64,000 nt of DNA from Eledone cirrhosa (lineage: Eukaryota): NCBI GenBank assembly GCA_964016885.1, contig OZ024755.1, positions 21,700,001 to 21,764,000 on the forward strand. The letters are read 5' to 3'. Below, piece after piece: positions 1-11,300 of the stretch. The notes beneath the pieces were generated by a model. That model had not been told where the DNA came from, did not search any database, and was given only the letters and a program-made list of their open reading frames with translations. The translations under genes and the position numbers were made by a program. The first letter of the stretch is position 1. The number at the start of each line of letters is the position of its first letter.

Positions 1-77
1 CACGACAGCTTCCCAGTTTATTATGTATTAAAGACGCATTAACAATAAGACCCATATTTCAGGTGTAAACTAAAATT

Positions 78-148
78 GTTGGGTATGATGAAAAATACAT
101 GCTCCCTCTTCTGAAAAACCTATTGAGGATTGCAGTGTCTGACCTAAC
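78..148 (+). ncRNA. SNORD100: Box C/D snoRNA, SNORD100-like (18S rRNA Gm436-equivalent guide), copy 1
   Basis: Box C ATGATGA (85), guide CATGCTCCCTCT followed by T and D' CTGA, box D CTGA (139-142), terminal stem GTTGGGT/ACCTAAC. The guide is complementary to 18S AGAGGGAGCATG. As I recall it, human SNORD100 (GGCTCCCTCTACTGA) lies in the equivalent RPS12 intron. Confidence 0.8.
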
Positions 149-321
149 TATATTTCTAACAATACACAGTTCATGTTTTGTTTTTATTAATTAAGAATTG
201 GTGAGTGAGTTAATTATGCTGTGATGAAGCCAGTTTGACTATTTATAGGGCTCTAAGGAGCCCTCAGGCATGTCAAGGACATGACAATAAGACCCATATT
301 TCAGGTGTAAACTATAAAATT

Positions 322-392
322 GTTGGGTATGATGAAAAATACATGCTCCCTCTTCTGAAAAACCTATTGAGGATTGCAGTGTCTGACCTAAT
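322..392 (+). ncRNA. SNORD100: Box C/D snoRNA SNORD100-like, copy 2
   Basis: Same core as copy 1: box C at 329, box D CTGA 383-386. Confidence 0.78.
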
Positions 393-439
393 TATATTTC
401 TAATCCTTGTCTGTCTTTATTTCTAACAATACACAGTTC

Positions 440-757
440 ATCATTTTATGTGCGCTTTTCCCTGCTTGCAAGGGTGGGGCGGGAACTGGTTCTGGCTTGA
501 TTTCTACAGCTGGATGCCCTTCCTAACACCAACCTCATTTACAGTGAGTGCAGGGTGCTTTTTTTTTTGCCGTGGCACCTACACGATCACTTTGCAGGGG
601 AATGATATGGACCTCAGCTGTAGAAATGAGTAAACTGGAGCAATGTGAAATAAAGTGTCTTGCTCAGGGAAACAACACATCACCCGGTCTGAGAATTGAA
701 CTCACAACCTTTCGATTGCAAGCCCAATGCTCTAACCACTAAGCCATGTGCCTTCAT
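440..757 (-). mobile_element. tRNA-derived SINE with RTE-type 3' tail; other copies at about 3445-3705(+), 8045-8372(-), 33590-33900(-)
   Basis: Head with A/B-box-like TGGCTTAGTGG...GAGTTCAATTC on the - strand. Tail CCCACCCTTGCAAGCAGGGAAAAGC(G)GACGTAAAA(TGA)n is shared with the RTE LINE 3' ends in this window. Confidence 0.85.
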
Positions 758-953
758 GTTTTGTTTTTATTAATTAAGAATTGGTAGGAGTGGGTTAGTT
801 ATGCTGTGATGAAGCCAGTTTGACTATTTATCCAGTTGTAGAAAGCTAACTAGACAAAGGGCTGGAAGGAGCCCTCAGGCATGTCAAGGACATGACAGCT
901 TCCTAGTTTATTATGTATTAAAGACCCATATTTCAGGTGTAAACTATAAAATT

Positions 954-1024
954 GTTGGGTATGATGAAAAATACATGCTCCCTCTTCTGAAAAACCTATT
1001 GAGGATTGCAGTGTCTGACCTAAC
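954..1024 (+). ncRNA. SNORD100: Box C/D snoRNA SNORD100-like, copy 3
   Basis: Box C at 961, box D CTGA 1015-1018, same guide. Confidence 0.78.
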
Positions 1025-1267
1025 AATACACAGTTCATGTTTTGTTTTTATTAATTAAAAATTGGTGAGTGAGTTAATTATGCTGTGATGGAATCCAGTT
1101 TGAGAGGGGGGGGGGGGGGGGCATAGGCTTTTAATATGGATAGTTTTGTATCATAGAATGGTGGCAGTCTTAATTTGGAATCAATACAGATACATTTCAA
1201 GTATTTTTCATTAGTAATTTTGATAATGTAATGTTCCTGGTTGAAAGATTATTTAAACTATCGAATT

Positions 1268-1338
1268 GTTGGGTATGATGAAAAATACATGCTCCCTCTT
1301 CTGAGAAACCTACTGAGGATTGCAGTGTCTGACCTAAC
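1268..1338 (+). ncRNA. SNORD100: Box C/D snoRNA SNORD100-like, copy 4 (probably the ancestral copy)
   Basis: Box C at 1275, box D 1329-1332. Two substitutions versus copies 1-3, mostly unique flanks, about 170 nt upstream of the rps12 acceptor. Confidence 0.85.
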
Positions 1339-1502
1339 TATGATTTAATGTCTTTTGTTTATGATTGTCTGCTGCATCTACTAGGAGATATTTTTAATGC
1401 ATCCTTCTAATATGCTGACTGTTCTGTGCCCGAACTGTTGTAAAACCTCTATGGAGATGTTTAAATTTTGACCTTTCTTACGGTGTACTTAATCTTTTTT
1501 AG

Positions 1503-1992
1503 GTGGAAGACAGCAAGAAATTAGGTGAATGGGCTGGTCTTCGTCGTATTGACGTTGAAGGTAAAGCCAGGAAAGTAAATGGATGTGGCTGTGTTGTTGT
1601 AAAGGTAATGCAACTTTTCTATTAATGATGATGAGTATAAAAAAAATGACTTTGGTAATGAGATATGTGGGTGGGGCAATATTGGTTCACTGCATTTGTG
1701 ACAAGTGTATGCAACTTGGGAAGAAAAAAAATCTCGTATTTTTTTTTTGATTTATGAGATCTAGTGGTCTTTAAACACATATCTCCTACTTGGGTTTTTT
1801 TTTATTTTTTTTTTTTTACTATTATTAAACTGTAACATCACTTAACAGTAGTTTCAGGTATGGGGCAACTATTTTCACCCTTGTAGATGTGTGTAATCTA
1901 GAGAGTTCTTTGTTTATTTTCTATTTCAGGACTATGGAAAAGAATCACAAGCACTTGATGTTTTGAATGAATATTTCAAGTCCAAGAAATAA
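1503..1992 (+). CDS. RPS12: 40S ribosomal protein S12 (eS12), last two coding exons 1503-1604 and 1930-1992 (5' part lies outside the window)
   Basis: Spliced translation [34 protein letters not shown]|[20 protein letters not shown] matches the eS12 C-terminus. Canonical AG/GT splice sites. Confidence 0.97.
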
Positions 1993-2025
1993 ACTATGGA
2001 CTTCAGTTTGTAAACAAGCCATGTT

Positions 2026-2031
2026 AATAAA
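2026..2031 (+). terminator. rps12 polyadenylation signal AATAAA
   Basis: AATAAA 34 nt after the stop codon, with GT/T-rich sequence downstream. Confidence 0.7.
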
Positions 2032-2063
2032 GTGTCTATAAATCAACTTTACCATATATTGTG

Positions 2064-2069
2064 TTTATT
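2064..2069 (-). terminator. Candidate IPO13 polyadenylation signal (AATAAA on - strand)
   Basis: tttatt at 2064-2069, about 260 nt downstream of the IPO13 stop. Confidence 0.5.
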
Positions 2070-2329
2070 TTGTCTTCGCATCAACAGTCACCTGACATGG
2101 TTGGTGTAGGGTACTGTCATCCGTTGGCCCAAAATAATATACTGCAAGTTGTACTTTTATGCCGATGGCATTTTACACAACTTCCCTGGTTGAAAAGTTG
2201 ATAGTTACAGTCTTATCAGTTAAGCAAAACTGTACCCCAGTAAATTCTTACAAAATAATTTGATAAAAAGAAAGAATATTTACATGTCTTTATCTTTAAA
2301 AAAGAAAATCATACAATTTTGAATATCAT

Positions 2330-5300
2330 TCAATCCATGATACTTTGACTCCATTGATTGCCATACTCTGTACCAAATAACCCTCGACACTGCATAGAGT
2401 ATTCTTTCACCAGTTCACGCACTCGTCTTCTATTAATTCTCTCCCTTTAAAGACAACATAAATTATATATATAAGAAATTTGAATTTCAATCAATGTACT
2501 TTTGGGGATATCTCCATTGTTTTAAACCAGGATTAATCAATTAGTTTACATATTGAGATCCCAACCTATGAACTTTTTTTGTCATATATAAAGAAAATTA
2601 ACACAGGAATGCCACCACTTAAAATAAAATTTTGCTGGAGATAGATTAGCAGAGGGGGGGTTATCTTGAAATTAAGGATAAAATAATAAAAATTATTACC
2701 TTACCTTACAACACAAGTATAAAAATGTTTTCTTTGATCTTTAGATTGTTTGGTTAGGGGTCTGTCATCTCTTGAAATGGCATCATTCAAAAATTTTGCC
2801 AATTCTTCAAAATGTAGTTTATTTAGGGCAAGTAGTACATCAGCATACTGCTCAAGAACTGATCTGGGACATTCTCCTTCAATACCCTGAAACAAGTTTT
2901 ATATGATATAATAGATATTCTTATAAAGACCAAGACCTCCAGTTTATATAACATAGGAAAGGCACACATAAAAAACCCTATAAGTATTTGCTTGCATGCA
3001 TATAGTCCTGTTGTTACTCCCATCCTCTCCAGGTCTGAAAACAGTAGATTTCTTTCAACGAAAAAAGAAATATAGAGGAAGAAACAATTTCAGTACTAGA
3101 CTGGTACGTTTTTTTGTTGACCTCATGGAATTTGGTAGCAGAAATGAATACAACAAAACATTCTAACGACTGCGAATGCGTCACCTTTCCTAAGTATTTG
3201 CAAACAGCAAAAGTCTATTTAGCTTGAAAATTGACAACTTTAGAATATCTAATTGCAGTCCTAATAAATACAAGCTTGTTTTATTTATCAAATATATTAT
3301 ATTATGTATAAATAAATTAAATTTCACATGGATATGCTAGAAGTTACTACTTGAGGTTGAATCTAGAATCATGGTTGTGAAGCAATTGGCATAACGTGAT
3401 AGCTCATCTAACCCATGCAAGTGTGGAAAACATTAAATGATAGTGGAGGCACATGGCTTGCAATCAAAAGGTTGTGAGTTCAATTCTCAGACTGGGTGAT
3501 GTGTTGTTTCCTTGAGCAAGACACTTTATTTCACATTGCTCCAGAAATGAGATGATAGGGACTGGGGTCCCTATCATTCCACTGTAAAGTGGTCGTGGAG
3601 GTGCCACGGCAAAAAAGCACCCAACTGTAGAAATCAAGCCAGAATCAGTTCCCGTCCCATCCTTGCAAGCAGGGAAAAGCAGACGTAAAATGATGATGAT
3701 GATGACTACCCATTCAAAATTAGAGATTTGTATAACAAACATTACAGAATTAACAACATAAAATCTCATTAAATAGAAACATAACTGAGGTAAAGGTTAT
3801 TTAAATATGTATCATCACCATCGCAGTTTAGCATGTGTTTGATAAATTGTCCTATTGTGAGACAAGTTAGATCAGGTGACTGGTTCAGTTGCTATGGCTG
3901 GATGCCCTTCCTAACACCAACCACATTTACAGCATGTAGTAAACAAAAGCTGTTAAATTATATGAATCACTAGCAGTGGTACCTGGCGTTGCACGGGATA
4001 AGGTATTTTGGAATGTGGGCCGCCAACAGACCTAATCGTGTAAAAACTGCATGCCTGGACAATATGTAAAGAAAATAAGCTGGATAATCTTTAGGATTTT
4101 CCTCGATGAAGCAGGAAAAATGCAGGTTTTCACCTAATGCAGGCCTAGGGGATCAAAAACATAAGTAATACACATGTAAAGTTTGAAAAAAAAATCGGTT
4201 GGGTACTTCGAGTTTTAGGGATTCAAACTCACAGACATCCTCAGTTTTATATATATAGATTAAACTGATGAATATTTTATTATATGCATGGGCAATGATT
4301 GCTGGGTGAAGAAATGCCAGGCAGCTGCAATAGAGATAGACCAAGAAAGACCTGATCAGAGGTTGTCTGAAATCACAGACTCACAAGGAAGATGATGAGT
4401 GGAAGGATGCCGTGCTGAGAAGGACCTGTCCAACCCATGCAAGCGTAGAAAAGACATAAAACGATGATGATGACACTTGAGATTGTTATCTATAGTTTTA
4501 ATACTGACCTTTAAAAGCTGCCCAATCAAGTTACTGCTATATTTTTGTATAATACATTTTATCCAGGGTACTTCACATGCAAAATTAAAGAATTCTTGCT
4601 GCAAAGGATTTAAAAAGAAAAGGAAAACAAAAATTAGAAGTTATAGCAATATTAATAATGCAGTAAAATATAGGGTAACTGGTGAAGGAGAGAGATTGAC
4701 AGAGGAAGAATCTATTCCAGTACTGCAAGTTGAGATATTCCTACCAGTATGACATTCACCGTGGAGAAAGCTATATAATGAGAGTTTACTATGAAGCATT
4801 TTGGGCAAGGGTCCTACAATAGACAATAAATCCACTAATGCTTTGGAAGATGAAAACTAAGTTATATAATCGTAACTCTTACTGGAGTCATAGGGGCACC
4901 AGAGTAATTTGTTTAAAACCTGGTGGAACTCTTCCCCTCTCCAGGTCTGAACACAGTCTCTCTCCTTCTCCAGAAGAAATTAGCTAAGGATCAACTCCAT
5001 TATTAGACTGGTTCCTTTTTTTTAATATCAACCTCAAAAGGTTGAAAGGCAAAGTTGAACTTAGGGTGCAGAGAATTGGAACAAATTTTGCAAAGCATTC
5101 TATCTGCCATTCTAACAATGCTGCCAATTTATTGGAGTTTAATCGATTATTAAAGCTGTTTTGATGATTTTTAGAGCTAAGGTAGTACTTACCAAAAAAT
5201 AAGAGGAACCTTTAACTGTGAAGTTTTCAGGAAGACTCAGACCAAGAACAGCTGAAAGTACAACAATTGTTAAACAGATAAGTATAAATTCTTCTTCATT

Positions 5301-8300
5301 CACTTATACATGAGGGGGTCGTGGAGGCAGAGTCCTCAAACACTCCTGTCAGAAGCAACTGTCTCCAACTGGATCCTCAAGCGAGACCAGCCAAGTTCAT
5401 GGATGTTATCCAATCATCATGCTCGGAGTCTAGCTGGGTGAAGACATAGAAGGAAGCTGCAGTAGCAGTAGATCAAGGAAGACCTGGACAGGTGGTGAGA
5501 CTCACAAAGGAGATGACGATGAAACAGCAAGTGGAGAGCTGCTGTGCTGAGATGGACCCGTCCAACCCATGCAGACATGAAAAAAACATGTAAAAACAAT
5601 GATGATGATAATGATTCCTTTATATTAACCATTGTAATAATGTCATTAAGATTATTTACCGGTTTGAAATAGACTGTCAAGATCAAAATTTCCTTGTTCA
5701 CAGATCAAATGACGTGATTTTTTGATCACCTAAAATCAAGTAAAATGAAATGATTACAAAATATGACAATGTAAGTTTATATTCTTTAAGAGAAGTTTGA
5801 AGGTATGTAAAATTGAAGTTAAAAAGAAAAGTTTGTCTCAAACCCAGAAACTCAAGAGGCCGGTGCTTATCCTGGTTTCCATGGCGTTAAGCAACTGAGC
5901 ATACAAGACCTCCCCCTGGACAGAATGGCAGTCCCTCATAGAGTCAAACTCCAAGCTATTGCTGCTAGTACTAATTTTCAGTTGAGTATACTGGAGCAAC
6001 ATGAAATGAAGTGTTTTGCTCAAGAACACGCAATCCAGTCCCGGAATCAAACCCACAACATTATAATCGTAAGTCCAACACACCTACCACTAGGTCATGT
6101 GCCTCCATTCACCAATATCTGCTTCTTTGCTACAAGAGACAGTTAAGATTCTTGAGGATTAAGTGGTTAATTCAACAAGATTTCTTTTTTATTTCCCTCT
6201 TAATCCAATAATATAAAGCTACAAGTCAAGTACATAATGTGCCATTGTTGGCACAGTCAATTGGAAGGATAATATATGTATGTGTGTGTATGTATGTATG
6301 TATGTATATATATATATATACAATACAAAGAAATACACAGACACATGTGAATACATACATATACATGCATATACCCACATATATCCCTGAATTTGTGTGG
6401 TGTCAACCTTAACCGTTGTTGCTCTATGAATAATAGGGACAAAATAATCTGAATGGATTAGATTGACTCAATATCAGAGCTATATAATACATTATAAAGA
6501 AAGAAGAAACATTAGATATAAATAAACAGATATAATATACCTAAATTCCTTCATTATCCTCGACTACGCAGTTTCGTGGCTATTATGTAAAAGCATTACA
6601 TCATAGAGATGCAGTATTTTTGTGAGGTTTGCCGACTTATCAAGCAGATGCCTCATTTAGAGTTTCAAAACACGTCCGTAGGACGCAAGATAGAATCCCG
6701 AAAGGCGGAGGGGGAACTTATCATGTGATACAGCGGTCAAGAAACAGAGCTAAGCCTCTTACAACCATACAACCAAGAGAAAAATACCACAAAAGGCGGA
6801 GGGGGTATTTATGTCAAGACCGTAGAAGAGTTGGCTTAGCTGTTTCTTGACCGCTGTATCACATGATAAGTTCCCCCTCCGCCTTTCGGGATTCTATCTC
6901 GCGTCCTACGGACGTGTTTTGAAACTCTAAATGAGGTATCCTCTTGATAAGTCGGCAAACCTCACAAAAATACTGTATCTCTATGATGTAATGCTTTTAC
7001 ATAATAGCCACGAAACTACGTAGTCGAGGATAATGAAGGAATTTAGGTATATTATATCTTTTTATTTATATCTAATGTTTCTTCTTTCTTTATAATGTAT
7101 TATATATATATATATATACAAGGGCGGTGCCCCAGCATGGCCTCAGCCGGATGGCTGAAACAGGTAAAAGAGTATATATAGAGAGAGAGATAAATAAATA
7201 TCTATAGATAGATAGATATCTGGGATGTTAATAATTAGCCAAAGATATTCTTTATATCAGTTAAGGTAATGCTAAATGCACATCTTTGTTTCATATATCT
7301 TTTAAACAAAGAAATTATAAGTTGCTAACTACACTAAGAAATATATTTCTTTTATTTTACATATACAGTAAAATACTTTTTGATTAATATTCCTAAATTG
7401 AATTTAAAAAAAACACAATTATAAACTTCTGGAAAAATAAATTACCTGAGCCCACAGATTCATAAGACCTTCAACAATATCAGTGTGTTCTCGAAATTCT
7501 GAAAATAATTTTCAATAATTTGATTTCAGACTAAAACAAAGGAACATTACATTTAATATATAATATATTGTATTTTTTTTTCACCTCAGACATTTTTTTT
7601 ATGTCCCCCAAAATTATTCTATACTTAACATTAGAGCATCTAGATATTTAAGTAGAATATATTAATCCTAATTAATACCAGTTATATATTAATTAATCTA
7701 TAGCCATCTTTCTTATGTAACAACAAAACTAATGACATAATAACTTATAACATCTTTCCAAGTAACCTGAAAAAGAAAACAACCACCACATCTAACTACT
7801 GAACAACAAAACACAGCGATATATAGGGTGTATCTAAAAGAATAATCCAATTTTAAAAAGCTATATTTTTTAAACAAATGCATATATAATCATGCAATAA
7901 CTTGTACACTATATGTCTGAATATAAAGTTTTATTTACAATTTTTACAAATGCTCAATATGCGCTCCTTCGGATACATCTACACAATGCTTGAATGAGTA
8001 TGCCTGATGATTCGTTTTGATGAACTCTGCATCATCATTCATCATTTCATTTTACGTCCGCTTTTTCCCCGGTTGCAAGGGTGGGACGGGAACTGATTCT
8101 GGCTTGATTTCTACAGCTGGATGCCCTTCCTAACACCAACCTCATTTACAGTGAGTGCTGGGTGCTTTTTTGCCGTGGCACCTCCACGACCACTTTGCAG
8201 TGGAATGATATCTACCCCAGTTCCTATCATCTCATTTTTACAGCTGAGTAAACTGAAGCAATGTTAAATAAAGTGTCTTGCTCAAGGAAACAATACATCA

Positions 8301-11300
8301 CCTGGTCTGAGAATTGAACTCACAACCTTTCGATTGCAAGGCCAATGCTCTAACCACTAAGCCATGTGCCTCCATATATATATATAATCATCATCATCAT
8401 CATTTTACGTCCGCTTTTCCCTGCTTGCAAGGGTGGGACGGGTCTTATTCAGCACAGCATCTCTCCACTCGTCACGGTCCTTCGTCATCTCCACCGTGAA
8501 CTTCAATGATCTGAGGTCTGTTCTCACCACCTCCGCCCATGTTTTTCGTGGTCTACCTCTACCACGTCTTCCTTCAACTGGCATTTCCTGGCACTTCTTC
8601 ACCCATCGGTCATCCTCCATGCGCATCACATGTCCATACCACCTCAGTCTCCTCTCCCGTACACTACATTCTATCCCTCTCAGACACAGTTTCTCTCTCA
8701 ACACATTTATGCTGGGTCGTTCACGCACATTTACACTGCACACCCAACAGAGCATGCTTGCCTCATTTCTCTCCAGCCGTCACATATCCTCTGCAGTTGC
8801 TGCCCATGTTTCACTACCATGCAGCATCGCGCTCCTCACACAGGCATCATACAACCGGCCTTTCGTACGCAGGGAGAAACCCTTCTTCGTTAACAGAGGA
8901 AGCAGCTCCCTAAACTTCTTCCAACCCGTCCTTATTCTAGATACTATGGCCTCGGAACACCCTCCTCCCATGCTAATCTGATCTCCTAGGTACCGGAAGC
9001 TATCAACTACTTCTATAGCGCCCTCCTGCATCTGAAAAATGTGTCTATCAATGCGACTTCTACTGTCTAATTTCCCTGTACATCTACTGCATACATATTT
9101 CTCCCTACCTGTTAGTTTGCCTGCTATCCCGCTACATCTCTTGTGTACCCAGGATCTGCATTGTGTCCATTTTATAGAATTTATGCCAGTTCCTTTTCTG
9201 CATATCGAACATGGCCATTTCCCTGACGGAATCAGGGTTTTGTATATATATATATATATATGACAGTCCAACCAAGGCAGATGTGGTCAGAGGTGATGGG
9301 AACTGTCCTTAAATCGCTGAGACTCACAGAGAAAATGATGAAGGAATGCAACAAGTGGAAGAATGTATTGCTGAGAAGGACTCATCCAACCCTGCAAGTG
9401 TGGAAAAATGGACATAAAAAAACCGATGATGATGATACAGTAAATATCTTTACTTACCAATTTGCAATAGTGCCAGACTTTGAGAAGTAAGAACTGCTAA
9501 AAGTTCTTTTACTGAAATTTTGAGACTTTCATTATAGTGGAACATTAAAATTATCTACAAAAAAGAAGAAATAAATAATTGTTATGTGACAACACAGTCC
9601 CATAATTGTTGTGTGACAACACAGTCTCATAATTGTTGTGACAACACAGTCCCATAATTCTTATGTGACAACACAGTCACATAATTCTTATGTGACAACA
9701 CAGTCCCATAATTGTTATGTGACAACACAGTCCCATAATTGTTGTGTGACAACACAGTCTCATAATTGTTGTGACAACACAGTCCCATAATTCTTATATG
9801 ACAACACAGTCCCATAATTGTTGTGTGACAACAAAGTCCCATAATTGTTGTGACAACACAATCTCATAATTGTTAGGTGACAACACAGTCCCATAATTGT
9901 TGCATGACAACACAATCTCATAAATGTTGTGACAACACAGTCCCATAATTCTTATGTGACAACACAGTCCCATAATTGTTGTGTGACAACACAGTCCCAT
10001 AATTGTTGTGACAACACAGTCCCATAATTGTTGTGTGACAACACAATCTCATAATTGTTATGTGACAACACAATCTCATAATTATGTGACAACACAGTCT
10101 CATAATTGTTATGTGACAACACAGTCCCATAATTGTTGTGACAACAGTCTCATAATTGTTGTGACAACACAGTCCAATAATTGTTATGCGACAACACAGT
10201 CCCATAATTGTTGTGTGACAACACAATCTCATAATTGTTGTGACAACACAGTCTCATAATTGTTATGTGACAACACAGTCTCATAATTGTTATGTGACAA
10301 CACAGTCTCATAATTGTTATGTGACAACACAGTCTCATAATTCTTATGTGACAACACAGTCTCATAATTGTTATGTAACAACACAGTCTCATAATTGTTA
10401 TGTGACAACAGTCTCATAATTCTTATGCAAATCTTGAAATCTGCAGAAAAAAAACCTTCCCCAGTCCCAGCCAAGTTAGTATAGAAAATATTGTGATTGT
10501 AAATCAATAAAAGATAAATACAAATTAAATAAGTACATTAATCAAATCTTAGTTGATTGATTTTGTCATCATGTGAATATATTGACAAAAATAAATTACT
10601 AATATTTAGAAACACTTAATTTAAAAAAACCTTCATAAAAATAATTGTTGGAATAAATGAAATTCTGAAAAGACTTACATGTTTAGCCAAGCCAAGGATA
10701 CAAGAATGAGGAAAAGTATGACATATGTGAATCAATATCTGGAATGTGTCTTGTGCTATAGGAGCAAATCCATCCATGAGAACTCTCAGTGCTTTCCTAA
10801 ATAGTTCACAGATTGCCTATAATAGAAACAGAACGCAGTAAATTCATTATCTTCACCATCATTATTTAAATAAAGCACCAGTAATGTACTGGGGTAATTG
10901 CTGACCTTGTGCCAAAAGTAGAAACAATTAGTTTTAACGTCCGCTTTCCCTTCCAGCAAGGGTTGGATATGTCTACATGGACCAAGTCAGTACTGAAGCA
11001 GGGCTAATGACCTCCCATTAAACATATTTACATAATTTTACTAGATTAGTTCTTACAATAAACATTGAATTGTTAGAGAGAAAATAATTAGAAATTAGAA
11101 TTTTTAGAGGGAAAATAATTAGAAGTTGTGATATTTATGCATTTCCAGGTTTGTAAATGAATGGATTAATATAGTTGAATCCACAAAAAATATTTAAATA
11201 TCAATATAAAAGGTATTGCTCTAACAAAAAACTGTAATAATTAGATAGATGTGAGGCCCATATTTTGTTCATAATTCCTAACATTATTTCATATTGCTAG

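Larger units (their letters stand above)
1..1105 (+). repeat. Irregular tandem duplication (about 250-330 bp unit) carrying the snoRNA, interrupted by a SINE
   Basis: Blocks such as gacccatatttcaggtgtaaac, aacaatacacagttcatgttttgtttttattaattaag and ttatgctgtgatgaagccagtttga recur about three times. Confidence 0.9.
6481..7106. mobile_element. Foldback element: about 266-bp inverted arms (about 97% identical) around a 94-bp spacer, each arm carrying a hammerhead motif (Penelope pLTR/retrozyme-like)
   Basis: 6481-6746 is the reverse complement of 6841-7106 with about 7 mismatches. The element ends in TA-repeat sequence. Confidence 0.85.

Noticed and set aside
800-900. GTGATGA box C-like motif and CDEAS-like reading in the tandem unit, as a second snoRNA or an rps12 exon
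   Set aside because: No matching box D or terminal stem, and no sustained similarity or splice sites for the expected rps12 exon.
1605-1929. Possible snoRNA in the last rps12 intron (ATGATGA at 1625; GAGATATGTG/CACATATCTC inverted pair at 1660/1776)
   Set aside because: I could not identify a D box or a convincing H/ACA two-hairpin layout. It needs cmscan or snoReport.
8000-8032. ATGC-CTGATGA...GAACTCT-GCAT hammerhead-like string
   Set aside because: Lacks GAAA and stem III, and stem II is poor.
9575-10430. CRISPR-like regular repeats (also 21087-21505, 24775-25180, 51448-51968)
   Set aside because: Head-to-tail units without unique spacers, no cas genes, and a eukaryotic intron context. 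These are minisatellites.
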